Shown piece by piece: positions 9,135 to 19,213 of a stretch of 64,000 nucleotides of DNA (its first letter is position 1; each line of letters starts with the position of its first letter). Both the position numbers and the translations under genes were made by a program. The DNA is taken from positions 832,001 through 896,000 of the forward strand of contig CAVSOU010000010.1 in NCBI GenBank assembly GCA_963729625.1, given 5' to 3'. Below the pieces are notes generated by a model that made no database searches, was not told the origin of the DNA, and was given only the letters and a program-made list of their open reading frames with translations. Source of the DNA: an uncultured bacterium (GTDB taxonomy: Bacteria > Chloroflexota > UBA5177 > JANWHV01).

Positions 9135-9480
9135 GTGTTTGCCCTTCCCGCGCCCAGCGCGCGGCTGCACCGTGACGATCAAACCATATTTTCGCTCCGG
9201 AAAGTATCACCCATGCAGGGGATCGGCCTGACTCGCCACGTCCCCATCCGCCCGACGACGATCCCACCAATACGAAGGGATGTGGCCGGCGAGGCACGAC
9301 TCGCCCCTGGGGCCGCTTGGTATTGCGGCAACAAGTACGCCCGTAGTATTGTGACGACAGGCAGTGGCGGCGCATCATTCGGGTCTGACTGGCCGCGCCG
9401 ATGCTCCGACAGGTCCTCTGCTGCGCCGCATCACGGCCCAGGAGTGGAGTGAGGGTTTAGTAGGGCGCCGGAGGAGAGCC

Positions 9481-11361
9481 ATGTACGAGCAGTTTGGCTA
9501 CTCATACCCTGAGACGGGGGACCAACGCCTGACCCTGTTTGTCCCGGACAACACGGTTGATCCCGCGCAGTATACTCGCGGAGGTCCGTGCCACATTCTT
9601 GACGTGCGCGTCATTGGGGACTTCCAGAGGCTCGTCAATCCGTCGGCGACGAATTGGGATGTTGCCTCAGGTCTGGTGATGGCCCAGACAACGGACCAGC
9701 ACGGCTACCTCTTCACCTATGTTTTCACCAAGCCACTGCCGGACGGATTCTACCAGTATCAATACGTCGTGCGGTTCGAAGATGCAAACGTCCCTGCGCG
9801 CATCGTCGGGGATCCCTGCACAAAGCATGGAGGCGAGTCGCACGACCGCTCTGCGTTCGTTGTCGGGCGCGCTCCCCTCAAACCGATGTCCCTGCCGAAC
9901 CGGCTGCCCTCGGAGGACCTGATCGTGTACGAGTTGATGATCGACGACTTCACGAACGAGTATCGCGGGAACCGCCCCGCCATCGACGCGGTGGTCGACA
10001 AGCTGGACGTGCTGCAGGCTCTCAACATCAATGCCATCGAGTTCATGCCGTGGATATCGTGGCCCGACGACGTCGCCTTCAGCTGGGGGTATGACCCGGC
10101 GTACTTCTTTTCAGTGGAATCCGCCTACGTATGCGATCCGAGCAATCGTGCGGACCGCCTCGGGCGGCTCGCAACGTTGGTCACCGAGTGCCACAGGCGC
10201 AACCTGCATGTCTTGCTGGATATTGTGCTGCAACACGCCCGCCAGGGTTCGGGAACAAACGGGTTCCCGTACTATTGGCTGTGGCAAGACCCGGCCGACT
10301 CGCCATTCATCGGGTCGTTTGTGCCGGTGAGCACGTACGGTATGCTGCCGCTCGACTACGACAACTTGTGCACGCAGCAGTTTGTCACGGACGTCTGCAC
10401 GTACTGGCTGCAGTGCTTCGCGCTCGATGGTTTCCGCTTCGACCAGGTGACAGGATATGACGTTCCCAGGTTGCCAACAGCGGGGGCGCCCAAGCTGGTC
10501 GCCGACTTGAAGCAGTATGCCCTGGGCCACGGGCTCGAGAACGTGACGCTTATCCTTGAAGACGCGTGGGACTTCACTGTGATTCAAGATGCGAACACGA
10601 TGCAGGCAACCGGAGCCTGGTTCGACCTGTTCCGTTCCTACCCGTTCGACGTGTACCACGGTTATGGCATTACAGGGCATGTCGATGCCGCGTACATGCG
10701 CGTCCTGAATGCGGCGCGCGACTTCGATGCTCCCATCTGCCCCACGATCTATATTGAGAACCACGACCACGCAACGGTCACCCACGTGCTTGGGTCACGC
10801 GACCGCTGGTACAAAGCGCAGCCTTATATGATCGCGCTTGCGACGTGTTCCGGCACCGTATTGATTCACAACGGCCAGGAATGGGGACAGGTTGAAGATC
10901 TGTGGGAGGACGATTCCCAGGCCCCGCCCCAGATGAAACGCGTCCAGTCACGACCCCTGCGTTGGGCGGAGAGCGGAGATACAATTGGCCGGACCATCGT
11001 GGGCCGGTTCAGTTTGCTCCTGGGCCTCAGGCGCCTGCACAAAGGGCTCCGCTCACCGAACTTCTATCCAGACTACTATGACGAAGGCTGGCACAATTTC
11101 TCGCCGGAAGGGTACGGAGTCGACGAGCAGCGGCAGGTGATAATCTACCACCGGTGGGGAGAAGCCGACGATGGTGGGCTGGAGAGATTCGTGGTCGTGC
11201 TGAACTTCTCAGATGCGACACAACCCGTGGAGATCCCACTGCCGGCAAACGGCGCGTGGAAGGACCTCCTCAACGGCAACACGGTCGTGCAAACCACGGA
11301 CTACCGCCTGCACAACTATCCGGTTTCCGCGAATTGGGGCTGCCTGTTCTGGCAGAAATAG
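9481..11361 (+). CDS. GH13 alpha-amylase family glycoside hydrolase (branching enzyme/trehalohydrolase-like)
   Basis: IVYELMIDDF, NAIEFMP, SWGYDP, VLLDIV, DGFRFD (nucleophile), ILED, ENHD; GGAGGAG RBS. Confidence 0.88.
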   Translation: MYEQFGYSYPETGDQRLTLFVPDNTVDPAQYTRGGPCHILDVRVIGDFQRLVNPSATNWDVASGLVMAQTTDQHGYLFTYVFTKPLPDGFYQYQYVVRFEDANVPARIVGDPCTKHGGESHDRSAFVVGRAPLKPMSLPNRLPSEDLIVYELMIDDFTNEYRGNRPAIDAVVDKLDVLQALNINAIEFMPWISWPDDVAFSWGYDPAYFFSVESAYVCDPSNRADRLGRLATLVTECHRRNLHVLLDIVLQHARQGSGTNGFPYYWLWQDPADSPFIGSFVPVSTYGMLPLDYDNLCTQQFVTDVCTYWLQCFALDGFRFDQVTGYDVPRLPTAGAPKLVADLKQYALGHGLENVTLILEDAWDFTVIQDANTMQATGAWFDLFRSYPFDVYHGYGITGHVDAAYMRVLNAARDFDAPICPTIYIENHDHATVTHVLGSRDRWYKAQPYMIALATCSGTVLIHNGQEWGQVEDLWEDDSQAPPQMKRVQSRPLRWAESGDTIGRTIVGRFSLLLGLRRLHKGLRSPNFYPDYYDEGWHNFSPEGYGVDEQRQVIIYHRWGEADDGGLERFVVVLNFSDATQPVEIPLPANGAWKDLLNGNTVVQTTDYRLHNYPVSANWGCLFWQK

Positions 11362-11540
11362 GCGTCGCGTCTCACGCGTTGCGTCAATCCGTGGACTGAC
11401 GCCAGTGTCGACACCAAGAACCCCAACCGTGGCCGCGCTCACGCCATGGATAGATCCCGCAGAGCCGAAAGGGCCCTGTCGCGGCCACACCAGTTGCAGC
11501 CGTGACGGGGCCCTCCAGCGCCCAGGGCTGAGTGCTTCGC

Positions 11541-11726
11541 TTACCTCGCGTTCTTGCACGGCTGAGTCGTGGCAGCCCTACCGGTCGTCACGCCGGTCGT
11601 CGCAGCGACCGAAGACGTGGGCGTCGCAGCCGAAGTGCTCGACGCGGCATGAGCCGCTGCTGTGATCACGCTCCCGCCGGCAATGCCGCCCGCCAGCGTA
11701 ATGAGCCAGAGATATCGTCGAACCAT
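11541..11726 (-). CDS. small secreted Ser/Thr/Ala-rich protein
   Basis: Signal peptide ending AHA, low-complexity linker, terminal PCKN; GGGAG RBS. Confidence 0.6.
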   Translation of the reverse strand: MVRRYLWLITLAGGIAGGSVITAAAHAASSTSAATPTSSVAATTGVTTGRAATTQPCKNAR

Positions 11727-11784
11727 GTGCTGCTCCCTGTTCTATTGCATACGGAACCGTATGTAATCAGCATAGGTACGACAC

Positions 11785-11843
11785 CTAAGAGCCCGCTAAG
11801 GCGACAATTAAAACAAGATTAGCAAGTGTTAAGAGTTCTTAAG
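11785..11843. promoter_or_regulatory. phased array of YTAAG-like pentamers, candidate response-regulator operator
   Basis: CTAAG 11785, CTAAG 11796, TTAAA 11808, TTAGC 11819, TTAAG 11829, TTAAG 11839, spaced 10-12 bp apart. Confidence 0.5.
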
Positions 11844-11848
11844 TTGGT

Positions 11849-12226
11849 TCACGTAGCTGGCTTGTACGCCGTGTACTTTCGGGCGCTCCCGCGTGCGAGG
11901 TCGGCCGGATACTTCATTGTATTGGTCTCCAGTTTCGCACTCACGACCTCGCAAACATCAACCCCCAGCTGGTTGGCCATACTGAAGCACAGAATCAAGA
12001 CGTCCGCCAGCTCCTCGGTGATTTGGGCGCGTGTCTCTGGCTCGGTCAGTGCCTGCTCCGCCTCCTTCGCGGACTTCCACAGAAAGGGTTCCATGAGTTC
12101 AGCGGCCTCGATCGCGATTGCAGAAGACAATTCCTTGGGAGTGTGAAACTGCTCCCAGTCGCGCTCGTGCACAAACGCGCGCACACATTCGCGCAAGGCT
12201 TCAATGGTCGAGTCCGCGTCTTTCAC
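11849..12226 (-). CDS. MazG-like nucleotide pyrophosphohydrolase (dCTP pyrophosphatase-like)
   Basis: ERDWEQFHTPKEL, IEAAELMEPFLW, EELADV, KYP; GTG with GAGGGG RBS. Confidence 0.9.
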   Translation of the reverse strand: MKDADSTIEALRECVRAFVHERDWEQFHTPKELSSAIAIEAAELMEPFLWKSAKEAEQALTEPETRAQITEELADVLILCFSMANQLGVDVCEVVSAKLETNTMKYPADLARGSARKYTAYKPAT

Positions 12227-12698
12227 AGTTATCCCCTCACTTACTCTACGTTCAGTGTACGAGGCCGTCCCGGCAACTGCGCACCAGCTCTTCGGCGGCC
12301 TTCGCCGCGCCCGCGGTTCTGTGCTCGTCCCCAAAGTGTAGCCGGAGCAGAAAGCCTTCGGCGCCGCCAGTGCGCAGAGCCGCCCGGTGTAACGAACTGT
12401 GCCCGGCAGATCGGATCCTCCGCGTCAACGAGCGCGGGACGTGAAGCCTGCATCTGGAATCCGACGCCGCTGCCCTGAGATCCTCATAGAGTCGCCACTC
12501 TTGTTCAGTCTCGAGCAAGAGCTCGCCCACGATGCTGGCTCGCGCAAGCGCAAACGCGGAGGTCCAACGAGGGCTGTGGTGACCCTTCTCTGCTGTGCCG
12601 GCTAAGCTTGCCAAGCTGCCAATTAAAACAGAGACAGCGCCCGGCAACTGTCGTCGCCGAGCGCCGCCCCGACACCTCCGTGTCAGACCCGCCAAATA

Positions 12699-13136
12699 CT
12701 ACATGGCGCCCGGCACCACGACGGCCCACCAAACGCCCGCCACACCCTGTCCGTTGATGTCTCCGGGCTTCTTGTCGTTGGCGAACGTGTAGAGAGCAGC
12801 ACCATCGTAGGTGAGCTGATCCCCGCCGCCGGCAAGCATGATCTCCCCGAAAGTACCGGGGACGCCGGCCATCTTCGCCGGTGCCATCACGCCCTTGGCC
12901 AGCAGAACGGGCGGCCAGAACTTCGCGCACTGTCCCGTACAGGTACTCTTTCCCTTGGCGTCCTTGGCAAAGACATACAGCGTCATACCCTGGGCGTTGA
13001 CCAGGATGTGGGCCGCTGCCGTCTTGACCGGCGCGGCCACGGCACCGCTGCGGGTGCCGGCATTCACTCCGGACACCGCCGCGATCAGCAATAGCGGGAC
13101 AGCCAGCAACCACAAAAGACGATATGACTGCGCCAT
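12699..13136 (-). CDS. COG4315 secreted protein with Yx(FWY)xxD repeats
   Basis: GMTLYVFAKD...CTGQCAKFWPP; QLTYDGAALYTFANDKKPGDINGQG; GGAGG RBS. Confidence 0.88.
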   Translation of the reverse strand: MAQSYRLLWLLAVPLLLIAAVSGVNAGTRSGAVAAPVKTAAAHILVNAQGMTLYVFAKDAKGKSTCTGQCAKFWPPVLLAKGVMAPAKMAGVPGTFGEIMLAGGGDQLTYDGAALYTFANDKKPGDINGQGVAGVWWAVVVPGAM

Positions 13137-13455
13137 TGTGTACCTCCACTTGCCACTGAGCGCCGGACCACACGCCGGAATACGTCAGCTACGGCTTGCC
13201 TGAAACCAGCGTACACTCCCACATTGTTACTTTCTAGACGGTTCGCTATCAGGCTGTCAGGGGCGCCCACGGCTACCAGTGGCAGATTACGAGAAGACTC
13301 AGCATTCGGCCTGCGGAGCAGCGCGCGGCGGTGCTAGTATGGGGGAAGCAACACCTGCGTGGTCGGTTAGTTGGGAGAACCGCCGATTTGGTGACTTGTG
13401 CCGGGTCGATGCCCCTTAGGCCGTACCGCCGCGACATCGAAAAGAGAGGGAGATA

Positions 13456-13866
13456 ATGGTCAAGCTCATTGTGATCCGTGGACTCGTGGCTGTCCTGGTC
13501 GTTGCCGCCGGAGCGGTGGCATATGTAGCCTTCGCCGGGCCGGACGTGACGGTGAGCGCTCCCGGATGCGGCACCATCAACCCACCCAGCCTCGTATCGC
13601 TCGCCTGGAACTCCACGCCTGACGGCGGCGTCGCCAAGGTGCCTCCGTTTTCGGTGCAGGTCGACGCTTCACCGCAGAACGAGCAGCTAAAAGTGACCGT
13701 GAAGGGTCCCGTAGGCATTTCGACCACCTTCGACATCGGGGGCAACGTCGCGCTTGTCACTGTCGACGGGGCGACGCTGTTCAGGCGCCCGGACCTGTTG
13801 CATACATCCATGACCGTCGACCTGGGCAAGACCAAGCACCACTACGTGGTCGCCGTGTGCCGTTAA
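13456..13866 (+). CDS. hypothetical exported/membrane-anchored protein
   Basis: N-terminal hydrophobic helix; GAGGGAG RBS; beta-rich-looking body. Confidence 0.7.
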   Translation: MVKLIVIRGLVAVLVVAAGAVAYVAFAGPDVTVSAPGCGTINPPSLVSLAWNSTPDGGVAKVPPFSVQVDASPQNEQLKVTVKGPVGISTTFDIGGNVALVTVDGATLFRRPDLLHTSMTVDLGKTKHHYVVAVCR

Positions 13867-13999
13867 GCCCGAACATCCATCGGTGGCCTGCAGGCGTTTC
13901 GAAGCGTGCCCGTGGGGACCACGCCTCGACCATTCTTGGCCGGGAGACCAAAGCGAGGCGGCCGGCCTGCGGCGCCTTAACGGCGCCGCGCTTTCTCTG

Positions 14000-14037
14000 G
14001 GGCATTTCGGCCCTGCGAGGTCGGGACCTTCGACTCT
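14000..14037. promoter_or_regulatory. two tandem DosR/DevR-like boxes
   Basis: GGGCATTTCGGCCCT (14000) and GGGACCTTCGACTCT (14023) resemble GGGACNWWNGNCCC; about 90-130 bp upstream of the Mo enzyme. Confidence 0.35.
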
Positions 14038-14129
14038 CCCAGGGCGCCGAGATTGGATCCAGCATAGTCCAATGGCATTCCGCGCCAAGCTGCAATGGCG
14101 TAGCTGAGCGGACCGATCGGAGGAACAGT

Positions 14130-16616
14130 ATGCACACACTTTCGCGACGGACGTTTCTCGGCGCCAGCGCGAGTGCTATCGGGGGCATAATGCTCGCCGA
14201 TCGCCTGCGCTTCTTCGAGACTGCCACGGTGGCGAACGCTGGCGAGCTTGCCGCCCAGTCGACAGAGCTGGTGTTCCGTACCGGCCACTCCAATAACTGT
14301 GACGGCGCCTGCGGACATTTGATACACGTTATCGACGGACGCGTGTCCATGGTCGAGCCTGCGTCCTGGGAGACCACCACTATCGCCGGACAGGCGGCAC
14401 CGACGTATAACCCGCGAATATGCCTGCGCGGACTGAGCCAGATTTCCAACACCTATAGCCCGGACCGCATCAAGTACCCGTACAAGCGAGTGGGGGATCG
14501 GGGTGCCGGCAAGTGGCAGCGGATAAGCTGGGACGAGGCGACGGCGACAATCGCCACAAAGTTTGGAGAGATTCAGAAGAAGCACGGGCCGACCTCGGTG
14601 TGGATTGCACCATACACCGGATCGCTCAGCCTGATCGAAGGCGTGGTTGGAGCGGGCTTCCGCTTCGCCAGCGTGATCGGCGCCTCCGCCGGTGACTTCG
14701 AAGGCGACAACGAGGGCGACAGCGCTACGCCTGCCGGCTGGAACTACGTGCTGGTCGATCCGGCCAACAAGGCAAACGGCGGCGGGTTCTTCGATGGTCA
14801 CGAATCGGTCGATTTCCTCAACGCGAAGGCCATCATCCTGTGGGCCAACAACGTGGCCGAGACGTCGATACCCGACTGGCGTATCATGCTGGACGCGCGC
14901 GACCAGAATGGCGCTCGGCTGGTCTCCATCGACCCGCGCTTCACCCCGACGTCTGCCGCCTCCGACGAATGGCTGCCAATCCGCCCGGGGGCGGACACGG
15001 CGCTCGTCGACGGCGTCATCAACTACGTGTTGGCACACGACATGTATGATGCCGGTTACCTGCGGCAGTACACTGTTGCTCCGTATCTGGTCAATGCCAG
15101 GACCAAGAAGTGGCTGCGCGAAAAGGACGTCGCATCCGGCGGCAAAGACGACTACGTGGTGTACGACCTGGCGGACAAGAAGCTCAAGGCGGCCGGCGAC
15201 AAGTCGCTGAAGAATCCTGCCGTGCTCGGCACCTACGAGGCGGCCGGAATGCAATGCCGCACAGCACTGCAGGTGCTCGCGGATACGATGGCTCGCTATA
15301 CGCCCGAGTACACGGCATCGCTTACCGACATCGCGGCCGAAAAGGTCGTCGCCCTGGCCGAGCTCTGGGGAAGCACGCATCCGGTCGCCGTCCGTGCCGG
15401 CTTCGGCCTCTCGCACTGGCATCGCGGCGACCTTACGATGCAGGCTCTGCTCACCCTGCAGGCGATCACCGGAAACATCGGCGTGCATGGTGGTGGCGTG
15501 ACCACCTTTGCCGGCGGCCTCACGACCACGGCGTTCGACCTGGCAAACTGGTGGGCGCCGGCCGGAAAGACGTTCACGGTTCTGGAGCCGATGGACGCGT
15601 GCAGCGCCATGCTTGAGGGCAAGCCGTTCCCGGTACGCGCTGCCTGGTTCATGATCGACAACTTTGCCCAGCAGATGTCCGACCGCAACAAAGTGATAAA
15701 GGCCTTGAAGTCGTTGGACTTCATCGTGGTCTCCGACTACGTGATGTCGGCTACAGCCGAGCTGGCGGATATCGTGTTGCCCGCCTGTACATATGTTGAA
15801 AAGACCGATCTCCTGTCTTCCAACAACTTCTATTTGCAGTACATGCCGAAGATTATCGAGCCACTGTTCGAGTCGAAGTCCGACCTTGATGCCATCAAGC
15901 TTGTCGCCCAGAAAATGGGGGTGGGCAAGTACTTCGACAAGACGCCGGATGAGTACCTCAAACAGCTCCTGCACATCGGCGATCCTAAGGCCGACAGCAA
16001 TGTCGTGGGACTGACGTGGGAGCAGGTCACCAGCGGCAAGGCGGTGCACTTGAACACCAAGACTGTGCCGTACGTGCCGTTCTCGGACAAGCAGTTCCCA
16101 TCCAAGTCGGGCAAGATTGAATTCTACGTGGAGATGCTGGTGCCCTTCGACCAGGAGGTTTGCGACCACAAGGAGCCGATCGAAGCCTCGCCAAGCAATC
16201 CGCTCTACAAGAAGTACCCGCTGGTCTTCCTCAGCACGCACACGCGTTTCCGCACGCATTCCCAGTATGTGAATCTCCCTTGGCTCAAGGAGATCAACAA
16301 TGGCGGCGACGGCTTCCTGGAAATCAACCCGGTGGATGCCGGAGGCCGTAGCATCGGCGATGGCGACGTCGTGCGCATCTTCAATGACCGGGGCGACATG
16401 AAGGTGAAGGCGCGCCTGACTGAGGGAATCAAGCCCGGAGTGGTGAACTGCTACCAGGGCGGCTGGGACACCATCCAGGTCAAACACTATATCGAAGGGC
16501 ATCCAAACAACCTGACGCACCAAGTCGCTAACCCAGCACAGGCGCTCATCCCGAATTTCCCGTCGAACGCCGCCTACTACGACTGCCTGGTGCAGGTCGA
16601 GAGAGTTGGAGGCTGA
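14130..16616 (+). CDS. Tat-exported DMSO-reductase-family molybdopterin oxidoreductase, catalytic subunit
   Basis: SRRTFL Tat motif; HSNNCDGAC...ICLRG FeS motif; RIKYPYKRVGDRG; ADIVLPA; RFRTHSQ; GGAGG RBS. Confidence 0.93.
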   Translation: MHTLSRRTFLGASASAIGGIMLADRLRFFETATVANAGELAAQSTELVFRTGHSNNCDGACGHLIHVIDGRVSMVEPASWETTTIAGQAAPTYNPRICLRGLSQISNTYSPDRIKYPYKRVGDRGAGKWQRISWDEATATIATKFGEIQKKHGPTSVWIAPYTGSLSLIEGVVGAGFRFASVIGASAGDFEGDNEGDSATPAGWNYVLVDPANKANGGGFFDGHESVDFLNAKAIILWANNVAETSIPDWRIMLDARDQNGARLVSIDPRFTPTSAASDEWLPIRPGADTALVDGVINYVLAHDMYDAGYLRQYTVAPYLVNARTKKWLREKDVASGGKDDYVVYDLADKKLKAAGDKSLKNPAVLGTYEAAGMQCRTALQVLADTMARYTPEYTASLTDIAAEKVVALAELWGSTHPVAVRAGFGLSHWHRGDLTMQALLTLQAITGNIGVHGGGVTTFAGGLTTTAFDLANWWAPAGKTFTVLEPMDACSAMLEGKPFPVRAAWFMIDNFAQQMSDRNKVIKALKSLDFIVVSDYVMSATAELADIVLPACTYVEKTDLLSSNNFYLQYMPKIIEPLFESKSDLDAIKLVAQKMGVGKYFDKTPDEYLKQLLHIGDPKADSNVVGLTWEQVTSGKAVHLNTKTVPYVPFSDKQFPSKSGKIEFYVEMLVPFDQEVCDHKEPIEASPSNPLYKKYPLVFLSTHTRFRTHSQYVNLPWLKEINNGGDGFLEINPVDAGGRSIGDGDVVRIFNDRGDMKVKARLTEGIKPGVVNCYQGGWDTIQVKHYIEGHPNNLTHQVANPAQALIPNFPSNAAYYDCLVQVERVGG

Positions 16617-16620
16617 TGCA

Positions 16621-17355
16621 ATGACCGCGAGCAAGACCCAGAACCCTCAAACCCCTCACCACGCGATGGTGATCGACCAGAACCGTTGTGTCGGCTGCTG
16701 GACCTGCGCGGTGGGATGCAAGGAAGTCAATAACGAGCCCCTCGGCTACTGGTGGAATCGCGTGCTGACGACCGCGCCAAACGAAACGACCACGGCGTCC
16801 GCTCCGGCAAGCAATTCGATCGACGTGCCGCGCGGCGTGTTTCCTAATGTCGAGCTGGCATATCTGCCGGTCGCATGTCAGCACTGCGAGGACGCTCCGT
16901 GCGTCAAGGTGTGTCCGGTGCAGGCCACGTACCGCCGTGATGACGGCACTGTTTTGGTCGACTACGACCGGTGCATCGGTTGCCGCTATTGCATGGCTGC
17001 GTGCCCCTATGGTGTGCGTATTTTCAACTGGGGCGGCGCAACCTACGCGGCTGGTGGCACAGTCGGCTACGGCAAAGACTACAGCAGCGACGGGCGGCAC
17101 GTATTCACGCCTGAACGACCGCGCGGCGTGGTCGAGAAGTGCACATTCTGCGTCGAGCGGATCGATGCCGGTCAGGAACCGTTCTGTGTAGCAGTGTGTC
17201 CCATCGGCGCGCGCGTCTTCGGCGACCTCAACGACTCCGAGAGCACGGTGAGCAAGCTTGTCGAAGGTGGTGCCGTACAGCTGCATCCTGAGCTTGGAAC
17301 CAAGCCGAACGTCTACTATGTGCCTGTCCGCAAGCGTGTTGCGGAAGAGAGCTGA
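16621..17355 (+). CDS. 4x[4Fe-4S] electron-transfer subunit (DmsB/NrfC/PsrB-like)
   Basis: CVGCWTCAVGC, CQHCEDAPCVKVCP, CIGCRYCMAACP, KCTFC...CVAVCP. Confidence 0.95.
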   Translation: MTASKTQNPQTPHHAMVIDQNRCVGCWTCAVGCKEVNNEPLGYWWNRVLTTAPNETTTASAPASNSIDVPRGVFPNVELAYLPVACQHCEDAPCVKVCPVQATYRRDDGTVLVDYDRCIGCRYCMAACPYGVRIFNWGGATYAAGGTVGYGKDYSSDGRHVFTPERPRGVVEKCTFCVERIDAGQEPFCVAVCPIGARVFGDLNDSESTVSKLVEGGAVQLHPELGTKPNVYYVPVRKRVAEES

Positions 17356-17372
17356 ACGGGAGGGAACAGGCG

Positions 17373-18590
17373 ATGGCAGTGACAACACGATCCCTCTCGC
17401 GAGGAATCGAAGTGCGTGGTGGGCAGGTCTGGTCTGCCGTGCTCGTCCTTCTTGGCGCGTGGGGCCTGGCCGCATGGATCTACGAGCTGGCCAACGGACT
17501 TCAGAGCACCGGTATGCGCGACGTCGTTTCCTGGGGCATGTACATCTTCAGCTTCGCCTTCTTCGTCGGCCTTTCCGCCGGCGGGCTGATCGTCGCCTCC
17601 TCCGCCGAGGTGTTTGGCGTGGCGGCGCTCAGGCCCCTGTCCCGGTTGGGCGTGCTGAGTGCGGCGGCGTGTATCACCGTAGCGGGACTGATGATCATCC
17701 CGGATCTCGGGCGCCCGGAACGGATCTTCAACCTCGTGTTGTACCCGAACTGGACGTCACCGCTGATCTGGGACATCTGCATCATCGCCGCGTACTTCGT
17801 GTTCTCGGTGGTCGACCTGACGGTCCTGAGCCGCCACACCACCAAACCAGGGCCATACGGGCAATGGGTTCGCATCCTGGCGTACATCGGCCTGCCGGCG
17901 GCCGTGGCACTGCACTCGATCACGGCCTGGATCTTCGGACTGCAGATCGCGCGCAGCTTCTGGAATACGGCGCTGATGGCGCCGCTGTTCGTAACGTCCG
18001 CCATTCTATCCGGCACGGCCCTCGTGACCGTGATCGCGCTGGTGGTCGAACGCTTCGACGGCGTCCGTCTCGGCATGGACACAAAGCAGTGGCTGCGCAA
18101 GCTCCTGGTAGTGGCGCTGATCGTGGACCTTTTCCTTGTCGCAAGCGACTACCTCACGATCCTGTGGGGCAACGTGCCGCAGGAACGGTCCGGTCTCGAC
18201 CTGATTCTGCCTGGCGGCAGTTGGTCCTGGTTGTTCTGGCTGGAGTGGGTCGTCGGCGGGCTGCTGCCATTCCTGCTGCTGGTGGCGCCGAGGCTGAAGC
18301 AAATGCCCGGATCGCTCGCGGCGGCGGCAACGCTGATTATGGTTGGAGTCTTCGCCTTCCGCATCGACCTGATCGTGGGCGGATTCATCAGCCCGCTGAT
18401 CTCGTACACGCCCGGCATCGCGCTGGGCACCTACGGGTCATCAACTGCTTCGTTCCAGCTCGCCGGCGCGTATCATCCGACCTGGGTTGAGTATGGAATC
18501 GTTGTCGGTTTGGTAGCTCTGTTTGCCGCCATCGTGACCACCGGCTATCGCAGACTGAACGTGATGCACGGCGAGGCACAGGCGCAGTGA
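17373..18590 (+). CDS. NrfD/PsrC family membrane anchor
   Basis: GMRDVVSWGMYI, DLGRPER, SPLIWD, LHSITAW; many TM helices. Confidence 0.92.
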   Translation: MAVTTRSLSRGIEVRGGQVWSAVLVLLGAWGLAAWIYELANGLQSTGMRDVVSWGMYIFSFAFFVGLSAGGLIVASSAEVFGVAALRPLSRLGVLSAAACITVAGLMIIPDLGRPERIFNLVLYPNWTSPLIWDICIIAAYFVFSVVDLTVLSRHTTKPGPYGQWVRILAYIGLPAAVALHSITAWIFGLQIARSFWNTALMAPLFVTSAILSGTALVTVIALVVERFDGVRLGMDTKQWLRKLLVVALIVDLFLVASDYLTILWGNVPQERSGLDLILPGGSWSWLFWLEWVVGGLLPFLLLVAPRLKQMPGSLAAAATLIMVGVFAFRIDLIVGGFISPLISYTPGIALGTYGSSTASFQLAGAYHPTWVEYGIVVGLVALFAAIVTTGYRRLNVMHGEAQAQ

Positions 18591-19213
18591 CGGCCGAAGA
18601 CTCCCGAGCCATGAACGGCAGCGCGATCGCGAATGGGGCCGATTTGCTCGCCCACTGGTGGAGCAGGCCGGTGGCGCAGGAGATAGACAGCTGGATCTCC
18701 TGGCGAGAGATCGCGGCAACCCTGGCGGAGGCGCACGGCGCCGCCTCCGCCGTGGCCGTCCTTTGCTCGCCGGCTCTTGCCGGTGATGTGGAGAACCTGC
18801 TTGCCGAATACGAGCGCCTCTTCGTGGGCCCGGGCCGAGTTCCGTGCCCACCCTACGAGTCCTACTGGCGCGACGACGTACCCGTGCACCTGCGGCGCAG
18901 CCTCATGGGTCCGTGCACCGAGGATCTGCGCCGGATCTACGCGGACATGGGCCTGCGGATCGCGGCAGGAACCGGCGAGATGCCCGACCAGGTTGCGGTC
19001 GAGCTGGAAGGGCTTTCCGTCGCGCTCGGGTCTTCAGGCATGCTCGACGCTGCGAAGCAATTGTACAAGGGCCACATCGCCGTCTGGCTGCCGAAGCTGT
19101 GCCGCGCGGTTGCCCACGAATCCGCGCACCCGTTCTATACGGAGCTAGCCGCGCTGACCCCAGCCTGGCTGGCGCGTGTAGCAAGTCTCACGACGAACAA
19201 CGCGCCTGAGTAG
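18587..19213 (+). CDS. TorD/DmsD family chaperone
   Basis: EYERLFVGP, PPYESYW, EMPDQVAVELE; GTGA overlap with the upstream stop. Confidence 0.9.
   Translation: MTAEDSRAMNGSAIANGADLLAHWWSRPVAQEIDSWISWREIAATLAEAHGAASAVAVLCSPALAGDVENLLAEYERLFVGPGRVPCPPYESYWRDDVPVHLRRSLMGPCTEDLRRIYADMGLRIAAGTGEMPDQVAVELEGLSVALGSSGMLDAAKQLYKGHIAVWLPKLCRAVAHESAHPFYTELAALTPAWLARVASLTTNNAPE

Noticed and set aside
12252-12695. 147-aa minus-strand ORF
   Set aside because: No recognisable motif or clear RBS; it may be a remnant but is unsupported.
13870-14129. Moco riboswitch upstream of the molybdoenzyme
   Set aside because: The conserved Moco motif elements I know are not visible.
13977-16634. 885-aa minus-strand ORF
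   Set aside because: Shadow frame of a high-GC3 gene on the opposite strand.
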